A DNA stretch of 64,000 nt from an uncultured Gemmatimonadales bacterium (GTDB lineage: Bacteria; Gemmatimonadota; Gemmatimonadetes; Longimicrobiales; Gaopeijiaceae), in the NCBI GenBank assembly GCA_963809895.1, contig CAWELD010000003.1, positions 1,920,001-1,984,000 on the forward strand, in the 5' to 3' direction. Numbering within the stretch: the first letter of the stretch is position 1; every line of letters begins with the position of its first letter. Both the position numbers and the translations under genes were made by a program. Under the pieces are notes generated by a model. The model did not search any database. It was not told the DNA's origin and worked only from the letters and a program-made list of their open reading frames with translations. Of this stretch, positions 35,679 to 44,684 are shown piece by piece.

Positions 35679-37880
35679 CTACTGCCCCGACTCCGACGTG
35701 TCCGGAATCCCCCTGGACCCGCCCTGGGCCACGATCCCGAAGGCCTGGGCGTCCTCCTCCAGGCCCTGCACCACGCTCTGGGGCTGCCCCTGGACGCGGG
35801 CGATGTCGGAGAGCTGCAGCGCCAGTGCGTAGAAGTGCCAGGGGATGTTGAGCGTGGAGCGGTCGGTCCAGATGTCCCGGTCCCGGAGTCCCCGGTAGCG
35901 GTACACGTCGCGGTAGAGCCGGAAGGAGCGATCGGCGTCGAACCACTCGCCGCCGTACGACGGGGTGCCCTGCACGTAGGCCTCGTTGTTCTCGGGGCCC
36001 TGCAGGTCCAGCTTGGTGACGATCCCCTGTCGCACCGCGAAGGGCCGGAGTCCCATCTGGTCCATCATCCCGCTGGTGCTGGAGAAGTAGATGGGTCGCT
36101 CGCCCAGCGAGTCGCGGATGACGGCCAACGCCAGTCGCTGGCCCCGGTCCAGGTACATCCCCTTGGGGAAGGTCAGGGCGATACTGCCGAAGGGGATGGT
36201 CTGGTCGGTGGGTAGCGTGCCCCCGACCACGCTGTCCATCTGCTCCCGGGTGAGCCGGGTGATGGGCTGATTGGGCACGTCGGCGGCCCGGTAGATCCCC
36301 CCGGCGTCGCCGGGTCGGAAGGGACGCTGCGTGCCCGGACGCGTCAGGTCCTGGAGCTGCGCCAGGTACCATCCCGTGCGCAGGTACTCGCCGACGATGA
36401 CCGTCACGTCCCGGCGCACGCCCTCCACCTCCTGCACGTACCAGAGCGGAAAGGTGTCGTTGTCGCCGTTGGTGAAGATGACGCCGTAGGGCTCCACGCT
36501 GGCCAGGAGGTCGTAGGCCCAGTCCCGCGCGGCCCAGTCCCCGGCGCGGCTCGCCCACGCCCAGTTCAGGGTCAGGGGGATGAAGGCCACCAGGAGCACG
36601 GGCGACGTCAGCAGGTAGCGCCGCGCTCCGCGCACGCGCTCGGCCAACACGGCCCAGCACCAGGCGAGACCCATGCCGGCCAGCAGGCCCCACAGTCCGA
36701 AGCCCGCCACGAAGAAGTAGTCGCGCTCGCGCACCTCGTGCCGCGCGAGATCGGTGACCTCGGGGGCGAGGGAATAGCCGTACTTGAAGTTCAGGTAGAC
36801 GACCAGTCCCACGGTGAGGGTCAACGTCAATCCCCCGAGATAGACCGCCGCCATGCGATCCGTGCGCACCACGGCCCACAGCCCCGCCAGCCCCAGCACC
36901 CCGAAGAGGAGGGTGAAGAGGGTGCGCGAGGGCGTGCCGGGCAGCTCGGAGCGGGCGGCGCCCCGGGACCACTGCCAGTCGAAGTACTGGTACCAGTTGA
37001 GCATCTGGGCGCCGAAGGGCGCCTTGCGCTGCGTCACGGGGATGGGCTGGTACTGGGCCCTGGACAGGTTGTAGGCCAGGTTGGGGCAGCCCGCCTTGCC
37101 GTTGGTGAAGACGGCCACGGCGGCGCCGGTGGCGCTCTCGCAGGTGGGCTCGCCTTCGTTGATGACCGGATTCTCGGCGGCGCGGATGGGCAGGAAGAAG
37201 TTCAGCGACACGCCCAGCGCCAGCAGCGGAATCCCCAGCGCCCAGAGCCGCCCCCGCAGCAGCGTGCGCGGCTCCACCCCCAGCACGAAGAGCGCCAGCA
37301 CGGGCAAGGGCAGCACCGACATGAGATGGTTCGTGGAGCCCAGCGCCAACAGATAGCCCGCCAGGAGCAGGTAGCGGAGGCTCCCGGGGCGATCACGGAG
37401 GTCCCGCCAGCGCAGCGCCAGCCAGCTCGCCAGGGCGATGACCAGCATGCTCACCGTGTAGACCTTCTCGTTCACGTTGGACTGGTTCCACACGGTGAAG
37501 GCGGTGCCCGCCACCAGCACCGCCACCGCCGCGCCGGCCAGCGCGGCCCGGCGATCCTTCAACACCGGGGTCAGGAGCCGGTGCGCCACCAGGAACCACA
37601 ACGCCGCCGATGCCGCGCTGGTGGTGGCCGCGAACAGGTTCATGCGCACCGCCACCGACAGGCCCGTGGGGGCCAGCAGCACGATCCACACCCGTCCCAG
37701 CGACACGAACAGGGGATTTCCGGGCGGGTGGGGCAGCCCGAGGATGTACGCCGTGGAGATGTACTCGCTGGTGTCCCACATGGCCGTGGACGGCGCCAGC
37801 GTCAGCGCGTACAGCGCCAGCAGCGCCAATCCCGTCAGCGCCGCCGCCAGATAGGGCGGCCGGTAGCTCTCCTCGCTCAT
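35679..37880 (-). CDS. DUF2723 (TMEM260-like) GT-C membrane glycosyltransferase
   Basis: MWDTSEY, LGLPHPPGNPLF, EVRERDYFF, FTNGDNDTFPLWYVQEVEGVRRDV. Confidence 0.88.
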   Translation of the reverse strand: MSEESYRPPYLAAALTGLALLALYALTLAPSTAMWDTSEYISTAYILGLPHPPGNPLFVSLGRVWIVLLAPTGLSVAVRMNLFAATTSAASAALWFLVAHRLLTPVLKDRRAALAGAAVAVLVAGTAFTVWNQSNVNEKVYTVSMLVIALASWLALRWRDLRDRPGSLRYLLLAGYLLALGSTNHLMSVLPLPVLALFVLGVEPRTLLRGRLWALGIPLLALGVSLNFFLPIRAAENPVINEGEPTCESATGAAVAVFTNGKAGCPNLAYNLSRAQYQPIPVTQRKAPFGAQMLNWYQYFDWQWSRGAARSELPGTPSRTLFTLLFGVLGLAGLWAVVRTDRMAAVYLGGLTLTLTVGLVVYLNFKYGYSLAPEVTDLARHEVRERDYFFVAGFGLWGLLAGMGLAWCWAVLAERVRGARRYLLTSPVLLVAFIPLTLNWAWASRAGDWAARDWAYDLLASVEPYGVIFTNGDNDTFPLWYVQEVEGVRRDVTVIVGEYLRTGWYLAQLQDLTRPGTQRPFRPGDAGGIYRAADVPNQPITRLTREQMDSVVGGTLPTDQTIPFGSIALTFPKGMYLDRGQRLALAVIRDSLGERPIYFSSTSGMMDQMGLRPFAVRQGIVTKLDLQGPENNEAYVQGTPSYGGEWFDADRSFRLYRDVYRYRGLRDRDIWTDRSTLNIPWHFYALALQLSDIARVQGQPQSVVQGLEEDAQAFGIVAQGGSRGIPDTSESGQ

Positions 37881-38989
37881 GCGCCGGAGCCCGTCCAGCG
37901 AATGCGCCAGATGCGCCCGGCTGCGTCGTCGGAGAGGAAGAGGCTGCCGTCGGGGCCCACCACCGGATACACCGGGCGTCCGCCCACCCGCTGACGCGGA
38001 CCCAGCCAGCCCGTGGCGAAGTCCTCGTAGCCCGTGGGCCGGCCGTTCTCCACGGTCACGCGCACCAGCTTGTAGCCGGTGGGCACGGAGCGATTCCAGG
38101 AGCCGTGGAAGGCCAGGAAGAGGTCGCCCCGGTATTGCTCGGGGAACTGATCGGCGGTGTAGAAGACCATGCCCAGCGGCGCCGAGTGGGCCTGCATCTC
38201 CAGCGCCGGCGGCGTGGTGCCGTCGCAGCGCCCGGTCCGGTCCTGGTACTCGGGATTGGCGATGCGCTGGCCGTAGCAGTAGGGCCAGCCGAAGTCGTCA
38301 CCGTCGGCCAGGATGTTGATCTCCTCGGGCGGACGGTCGTCGCCGAGCTGGTCCCGCTCGTTCTGGCTCGCCCACAGCTCGCCGGTCTCGGGATTGAAGG
38401 CCAGCCCCGCCGAGTTGCGGAGGCCCGACGCGATCACCTCGCCGCCGGAGCCGTCGGGGTTGTAGCGGCTCACTGCGGCCCGCCGTGCATCCGACTCCTC
38501 GCAGATGTTGCACGAGGAGCCCACCGACAGATAGAGCATGCCGTCGGGCCCGAAGGCGATCTCCCGGGTCCAGTGGCCGCCGGTGGGAATGTCGGGAATC
38601 ACCACCTCGGGCGACGCGCTGGCGTAGTCCGGCCCCTGGAAGCGCACCACCTGGTTGGTCTCGCCCACGTACATGAAGCCGTCGTGGAAGGCGAGGCCGT
38701 AGGGCCTGCGCAGCCCGTCCACCACCGTTTCAGGCTGCGGCGGGTCCGCGTCCGGACTCATGCGCACGATGCGCCCCTCCGACGACTGCACCGCGTAGAG
38801 GGCGCCGTCGGGTCCGATCTTGAGCGTGCGAACGCCCTGCAATCCCTGCGCCCACAGCTCGATCTGGAAGCCCGCGGGCACCTGGATGTCGCCTTCCCCC
38901 ACGGCCTGGCCGGTCACGCCGTCGGCACCACAGGCCGCGGTGGCGAGCAGCCCCAGCAGGGCCAGTCCTCCTCTCCACGCTCCACGCAT
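37877..38989 (-). CDS. PQQ-dependent sugar/sorbosone dehydrogenase-family lipoprotein
   Basis: Lipobox TAAC; GHWTR, SVGSSCNIC, GLRNSAG, DFGWPYCYG, AHSAPLG, HGSWNR. Confidence 0.88.
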   Translation of the reverse strand: MRGAWRGGLALLGLLATAACGADGVTGQAVGEGDIQVPAGFQIELWAQGLQGVRTLKIGPDGALYAVQSSEGRIVRMSPDADPPQPETVVDGLRRPYGLAFHDGFMYVGETNQVVRFQGPDYASASPEVVIPDIPTGGHWTREIAFGPDGMLYLSVGSSCNICEESDARRAAVSRYNPDGSGGEVIASGLRNSAGLAFNPETGELWASQNERDQLGDDRPPEEINILADGDDFGWPYCYGQRIANPEYQDRTGRCDGTTPPALEMQAHSAPLGMVFYTADQFPEQYRGDLFLAFHGSWNRSVPTGYKLVRVTVENGRPTGYEDFATGWLGPRQRVGGRPVYPVVGPDGSLFLSDDAAGRIWRIRWTGSGA

Positions 38990-39179
38990 GTCGCTCTCCC
39001 TCGTTCGGACTCGTCGCTGCGCGCCGCGAATATAGCGAGGGGCACCCTGGCGTGCTGCCCGCCCGGACGGTTGGCAGCCCACGGTGGCGGCCGCTAGAAT
39101 CCGTGCCGAGGCGCCCCGCGGGAGCCCGCGCCGTGCCTCGCTCGTCCCTCCGGCCCGATCCCCGTTCCAGCTACCGCCC

Positions 39180-40286
39180 ATGCCCCTCGCCCTGTGGCGC
39201 ACCTTCCGGTACGCCCGCGGGTGGCTCCGTGATCCCTCCGACGTGCGCGCCTCGGAGGTCGAGCTGCCCGCGCAGGGCGGGGTCCTGCCGGCCACGCTGC
39301 TGCGGCCGATGGGCGGGCGGGCCGCGCTGCCGGCGTGGGTGGTGCTGCACGGGATCACCCGTCCCGGCCGAGCCCACCCCACCCTGCTCCGTTTCGCCCG
39401 AGCGTTGGCCGGCAGCGGCTCGGCGGTCCTGATCCCCGAGGTGCCCGAGTGGGTGGATCTGCGGCTCGCGCCCCACCGCACGCTGCCCACGGTGCTTTCC
39501 GCGCTGGACGCGCTGGAGACGCTTCCCGGCGTGCGGCCGGCGCCGGCGGGACTGGTGGGATTCTCTTTCGGCGCGCCGCAGGCGTTCCTGGCCGCCGCCG
39601 ATCCCCGGGTGGCGAACCGGGTCGGCGTGGTGGCGGGCTTCGGCGGCTACTGCGACCTGGAGCGCACGCTCCGCTTCCAGATCACCGGCGAGCACGAGTG
39701 GCGCGGCGAGATGCGGCGCCTGCGCCCCGATCCCTACGGACGGTGGATCGTGGCGGCCAACTATCTCACCCGCGTGCCGGGCTTCGAAGACGCCGGTGCG
39801 GTGACCGGGGCGCTGCACCGGCTCGCGGCCCGGGCGGGCGAGGCTCGCGTGCAGGCGTGGGATCCCTCGTACGATGCCCTCAAGGACGAGCTGGCCGAGG
39901 CGCTGTCGCCCGACGAGGGCGAGCTGTTCCGGTATTTCGCGCCCCCGTCGGCGGACGATCCGAGGCCCGCCGACCCGAGGGCCGAGGAGTGGGTCGCCCG
40001 CCTCGGCGCCGCCGCGCGCCGCGTGGATCCCCTGGTGGACGCCGCGGCGCGGCTGGACGCCATCCCGGTACCGGTCCACATCCTCCACGGCCGGGCCGAC
40101 ACGCTCATCCCCTTCACCGAGAGCCTGCGCATGGCCGAGCGTCTCGAAGGTCGCGCGCGGGTGTCCACCACCGTGACGGGACTGTTCGCCCATTCCGGCG
40201 AGCACGGCGGTGGCGGGCTGGGACCGCGCCTGCGGGAACGGGTGACCTTCGTGCGGGCCCTGGGACGGCTGCTGCGGGCGATCTAG
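39180..40286 (+). CDS. Alpha/beta-hydrolase
   Basis: VVLHG, nucleophile elbow GFSFG, ILHGRADTLIP, late His (FAH). Confidence 0.75.
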   Translation: MPLALWRTFRYARGWLRDPSDVRASEVELPAQGGVLPATLLRPMGGRAALPAWVVLHGITRPGRAHPTLLRFARALAGSGSAVLIPEVPEWVDLRLAPHRTLPTVLSALDALETLPGVRPAPAGLVGFSFGAPQAFLAAADPRVANRVGVVAGFGGYCDLERTLRFQITGEHEWRGEMRRLRPDPYGRWIVAANYLTRVPGFEDAGAVTGALHRLAARAGEARVQAWDPSYDALKDELAEALSPDEGELFRYFAPPSADDPRPADPRAEEWVARLGAAARRVDPLVDAAARLDAIPVPVHILHGRADTLIPFTESLRMAERLEGRARVSTTVTGLFAHSGEHGGGGLGPRLRERVTFVRALGRLLRAI

Positions 40287-40312
40287 CTGGTCGCGCAGCG
40301 TCGAGCCCGGGC

Positions 40313-41407
40313 TCAGGAGCGCGCGCGGTCCCTCACGACGGCGCGCACGGCGGCGCGCACCTCGGGATCCCGGGCTTCCAGTCCCTCGGCGAGCACCGCC
40401 TTGGCGTGGGGCGTGCCGATGGCTCCCAACGCCCGGAACGCGGCGATGCGGAGCGGCACGGGAGAGCGGGAGAAGATCGACGAGGTGGCGCGCTTCTCGA
40501 TGGCGGGCACCGCTCCGGGGTCGCCGAGCTGACCCAACGACCGCAGGATCTCCACCTGCACGTCGACGTTCTCCTCTCGCTCGAGCAGGTCGAGCAGGGG
40601 TCGCACCGCCCGCTGGGCCCCCAGCACCCCCACGGCCATGGCGGCGGCGGCGCGCACGTCGACGTCGGGATCCTCGAGCATCCCCAGGATGAGCTGCGTG
40701 GCGTCCTCGCTGCCGAGGCGGGCCAGCGCCATGATCGCTTCGCGGCGCACCCGGGGATGCTGGTGCGCCAGCACGGTGGTGAGCGGCTCGATGGAGTCCT
40801 GGGAGGCCATCTCGCCGAGCACGGCCACGCCGTTGCGCACCACGAACCAGCGGGGATCCGCGATCATGTCGGTCACCACGTCCGGAGCGCGGGGCGCGAC
40901 CCGGACCAGGGCGTCGAGCAGTGCGCGCCGCTGGCTGCGGTCCTCGGCCTCCTCCAGCCCCAGGGCCAGCGCCCGGGCCATGGTGGGGCCGAGCCGGCCG
41001 GCCACCCCCACGAGCTCGCCCCGGCGGGCTTCATCGCGCGACGCCGCCCGCAGCTCGTCGGTAATGCGGCGCGCCACCCTGGGCGTAGTGAGCTGACGAG
41101 CCAACGAGGCAGCGCCGTCGGAGCCTTCGAGACGGGCCAGTCGCTCCACGACCTCGGTCAGGGTCACTTCTCGACCCGGGTCGCGACCCGCGGAGGATCC
41201 GGCTTCGAGCAGCGCCCAGCCGAGGTCCTCCCGCTCGGCCGGCGACGCCCTGACGAAGGCGCCCAGACTGGCGAGCAGGGCGTCCTCGTCCACGCGCCCA
41301 GAAACGGAGTCCGGCAGCGGCACGGACTCCGGTGGGCGGCCCTGGAAAAGCCCCGTCAGAGAGCGGACGAGACCCCTCGGCTCGGCGGATTCGGGTTTGC
41401 TCGGCAT
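40313..41407 (-). CDS. HEAT/PBS-lyase repeat protein
   Basis: Repeated ..D.PRWFVVRN, HPRVRREA, DVDVRAAAA, DPEVRAA helical repeats. Confidence 0.85.
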   Translation of the reverse strand: MPSKPESAEPRGLVRSLTGLFQGRPPESVPLPDSVSGRVDEDALLASLGAFVRASPAEREDLGWALLEAGSSAGRDPGREVTLTEVVERLARLEGSDGAASLARQLTTPRVARRITDELRAASRDEARRGELVGVAGRLGPTMARALALGLEEAEDRSQRRALLDALVRVAPRAPDVVTDMIADPRWFVVRNGVAVLGEMASQDSIEPLTTVLAHQHPRVRREAIMALARLGSEDATQLILGMLEDPDVDVRAAAAMAVGVLGAQRAVRPLLDLLEREENVDVQVEILRSLGQLGDPGAVPAIEKRATSSIFSRSPVPLRIAAFRALGAIGTPHAKAVLAEGLEARDPEVRAAVRAVVRDRARS

Positions 41408-41509
41408 GGCGATTCCCGCAGAGCGACGCGGAGGGAGAGACTCCTACAAAGGTACGACATGGCGTCGCAGGTCTCCAAACCCCGCGTGCGCGGGAAGGTT
41501 GCGCGATCC

Positions 41510-42910
41510 TCAGCCCGACGTCACGGGTAGGCCCCGCCGCTCCCAGGCTTCGATCCCGCCCGCCACGTTCAGCGCCGTGCGCCCCCGGGCCAGCAACAGC
41601 GACTGGCCGATGGAAGACCGGTTGCCGGTCCGGCACATGACGAGAATGGGCCGATCGGCGGGCAGCTCGTCCAGCGCCTCGGGGAGCATGCCCAGGTGCA
41701 CCCGCGTCGCTCCGGGCGCGTGCCCCACCCGCCACTCCGACTCCGCGCGCACGTCCAGCAGGAAGGCGCCCTCGTCCTGCATTGCCTTGGCCCGGGCCAC
41801 ATCCACCCACGGCGCCTCGCGCACCGCGTCGTCGTCCAGCGCCTCGGGTCCGAAGTAGCCCTCGACCCGGTCCAGGCCGATGAGCGTGAGCGCGCGGGCG
41901 GCCTCGCGGGCCTGCGCTTCCGACTCCGCCAGGAGGTGGATGGCCCGGTCGTAGGGGAGCAGCCAGCCCGCCCAGTTGGTGAAGGAGCGATTCAGGGGGA
42001 TGTGGATGGTCCCCGCCACGTGTCCGCCGGCGAAAGCCTCGTTGGTGCGGATGTCCACCACCAATCCCCCGTCGTCGAGCAGGGGCCCGAGCCGGGCCGG
42101 CCCCACATGGCCAGGCAGGGGCAGGTGGCCGAGCACGGTCGGGCCGTCGCGATTCATGGCCTTCATGGTGGCGAAGTAGCGGGGCGGCTCCGGCTGGTCC
42201 TCCAGGACCGCGGCCACGAAGGCGTCCTCGTCGTCGTACATGAAGGCCCAGCTCACCCGGCGCTCGTAGCCCAGGGTGCTGGTGGGCACCGCTCCCAGCG
42301 CCTTGCCGCAGGCGGAGCCGGCGCCGTGACCGGGCCAGATCTGCAGGTGGTCGGGCAGGTCGCCGATCCGCCGCAGCGACTGGAAGAGCTGCCGCGCCGC
42401 CGCCTCGGTGGCCCCGGCCACACCCGCCGCCTTCTCCAGCAGATCGGGCCGCCCCACGTCTCCGACGAAGACGAAGTCGCCGCTGAGCAGCCCCATGGGC
42501 TCCGCGGTGGCGGCGCCGTCGGTGACCAGGAAGGCGATGTGCTCGGGCGTGTGCCCGGGGGTGTGGAGCACCCGGATGCGGATGTTGCCCACCGGGAACA
42601 TGTCGCCGTCCTTCAGCAGGACGGCGCTGGACTCCTGCGTAAAGCCGTAGCGCCACTCGGGCCCACCCTCGTCGGACAGGAGGAGCGTGGCCCCGGTGCG
42701 GGCAGCCAGCTCCCGGCTGCCCGACGCGAAGTCGGCGTGGATGTGGGTCTCGGTGACGTGGGTGATGGCCACCCCCTCTTCGCCCGCCGCCTGCACGTAG
42801 AAGTCGGCGTCCCGGTGGGGGTCCACCACCATGGCCTGTCCGGTGGCCTGGCACGCGACCAGGTAGCTCGCCTGGGCGAGGCGGTCTTCGTAGAAACGCT
42901 TGAGGAGCAT
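41510..42910 (-). CDS. MBL-fold persulfide dioxygenase-rhodanese fusion (CstB-like)
   Basis: ETHIHADFASG, HTPGHTPEH, VGDVGRPDL, PGHGAGSACG, two rhodanese domains, active loop CRTGNRS. Confidence 0.85.
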   Translation of the reverse strand: MLLKRFYEDRLAQASYLVACQATGQAMVVDPHRDADFYVQAAGEEGVAITHVTETHIHADFASGSRELAARTGATLLLSDEGGPEWRYGFTQESSAVLLKDGDMFPVGNIRIRVLHTPGHTPEHIAFLVTDGAATAEPMGLLSGDFVFVGDVGRPDLLEKAAGVAGATEAAARQLFQSLRRIGDLPDHLQIWPGHGAGSACGKALGAVPTSTLGYERRVSWAFMYDDEDAFVAAVLEDQPEPPRYFATMKAMNRDGPTVLGHLPLPGHVGPARLGPLLDDGGLVVDIRTNEAFAGGHVAGTIHIPLNRSFTNWAGWLLPYDRAIHLLAESEAQAREAARALTLIGLDRVEGYFGPEALDDDAVREAPWVDVARAKAMQDEGAFLLDVRAESEWRVGHAPGATRVHLGMLPEALDELPADRPILVMCRTGNRSSIGQSLLLARGRTALNVAGGIEAWERRGLPVTSG

Positions 42911-43071
42911 GGCGCGCACCGGTGGTGGATCGAAGAGCCCACGTAGGAGAAGTATCCGGCGGTCCGCACCCGACCTGCAAGGACCCCTGGCAGCCCGTGC
43001 TGGCGTGCGGAGCGGTGAGCGCTCACGTACAATGCCTCGCGACCGATCCCGAACGCCACCGCCCTCACCCC

Positions 43072-44670
43072 ATGCCCCGACCCTCCTCCACCGCGACTCC
43101 GGCGCCACGCTGGGCCAAGGTCATCGACCAGACCCGCTGCATCGGCTGTCATGCCTGCACCACGGCCTGCCGCTCGGAGAACCAGGTGCCGCTGTCCGTG
43201 ACGCGCACCTACGTGAAATACGTCGACGTGGGCGCGTTTCCCCGGGCCCGGCGAGCGTTCCAGGTCACGCGCTGCAACCAGTGCGAGGCGGCGCCCTGCG
43301 TCACCGCGTGCCCCACGGCGGCCATGTTCCGGCGGCCCGACGGGATCGTGGACTTCGACAAGTCGGTGTGCATCGGCTGCAAGGCGTGCATCGCCGCCTG
43401 CCCGTACGACGCCATCTTCATCAATCCCGACGATCACTCGGCGGAGAAGTGCAACTTCTGCGCGCACCGACTGGACGTGGGGTTGGAGCCGGCCTGCGCC
43501 GTGGTGTGCCCCACGGAGGCCATCCTGGTGGGCGACCTCGACGACCCGCTGTCGGCGGTGAGCCGGCTGGTGCACCAGGAGGCCACCAGCGTGCGCAGGC
43601 CCGAAAAGGAGACCCGGCCCAAGCTCTTCTACCGGGGCGCACATGAGGCGACGCTGGATCCGCTGGCGGCCCGGCGGCCCGAGGGCGGGCTCTTCATGTG
43701 GAGCGAGCAGGGCGACGTGCCGCACCAGGTGCCGTCCGGGCATCCGGGGGCGCCGGGCGCGCCGGCGAACTCCTCGGCGGCGGCGGTGCTGGCCTACGAC
43801 GTGCCCCACCGCATGCCCTGGGATGCGCGGGTAAGCCTCTACACCTGGACCAAGTCCGTGAGCGCGGGCGTGTATCTGATCGGGGCGCTGGCCGCGGGGC
43901 TCGGTGTGCTGGGCTGGGCCGATGCGCTGTGGACGCGGGTGACACCGATCCTGGGCCTGGTCTTCCTGGCGCTCACCGGGGGACTCCTGATCTGGGACCT
44001 GGAGCATCCGGCACGCTTCCATCTCATCTTCTTCCGCCCCCAGTGGCGGAGCTGGCTGGTGCGGGGCGGCTTCATCCTCATGGCCTACGGCACGCTCCTC
44101 ACCGCCCACCTGGTGCTGGGGATGTCGGGGCGGGTCGACGCGGTGCGCCTGTTGGTCGTGGCGGGCGTGCCGCTTGCCGCCGCCACCGGCGTGTACACGG
44201 CCTGGCTGCTGGCGCAGGCCCGGGCCCGGGACCTGTGGCAGAGCCCGCTCCTGCCGCCGCACCTCCTGGCGCAGGCGCTCCTGGCGGGGTCGGGGGTGCT
44301 GGCGCTGGTGGCGCGGGGGGTCGGGGGGATGGCGCTGCAGGGCGGAAACCCCGGGACGACCCTCGAATTTGGAGGGGCCCGCGGGGCGGTGGAATGGCTG
44401 GATGCGGCGTTCGCCGTGGCGGCGGGCCTGCAGCTGCTGCTGGTGGCCGGTGAGGCCTCCATCGGGCACGCCACCGCCCACGGGCGCCTGGCCCACCGGG
44501 AGATGACGAGCGGCCGCTACGCGCTGCTCTTCCGGAGCTCGGTGGTGCTCACGGCGGCGGCGGTGGCCACGCCGTGGCTGGGCGCCGCGGGCATCGTAGC
44601 GGGGCTCGCGGGCCTCTTTCTCTTCGAGCACGCCTTCGTACAGGCGGGCCAGAGCGTTCCCCTGGCCTGA
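43072..44670 (+). CDS. Fused 4x[4Fe-4S] (NrfC/PsrB-like) and NrfD/PsrC-like membrane anchor
   Basis: CIGCHACTTAC, CNQCEAAPCVTACP, CIGCKACIAACP, KCNFC..PACAVVCP; then multiple TMs with DLEHPARF...SWLVRG. Confidence 0.9.
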   Translation: MPRPSSTATPAPRWAKVIDQTRCIGCHACTTACRSENQVPLSVTRTYVKYVDVGAFPRARRAFQVTRCNQCEAAPCVTACPTAAMFRRPDGIVDFDKSVCIGCKACIAACPYDAIFINPDDHSAEKCNFCAHRLDVGLEPACAVVCPTEAILVGDLDDPLSAVSRLVHQEATSVRRPEKETRPKLFYRGAHEATLDPLAARRPEGGLFMWSEQGDVPHQVPSGHPGAPGAPANSSAAAVLAYDVPHRMPWDARVSLYTWTKSVSAGVYLIGALAAGLGVLGWADALWTRVTPILGLVFLALTGGLLIWDLEHPARFHLIFFRPQWRSWLVRGGFILMAYGTLLTAHLVLGMSGRVDAVRLLVVAGVPLAAATGVYTAWLLAQARARDLWQSPLLPPHLLAQALLAGSGVLALVARGVGGMALQGGNPGTTLEFGGARGAVEWLDAAFAVAAGLQLLLVAGEASIGHATAHGRLAHREMTSGRYALLFRSSVVLTAAAVATPWLGAAGIVAGLAGLFLFEHAFVQAGQSVPLA

Positions 44671-44684
44671 GGAGAGCGGCGACC

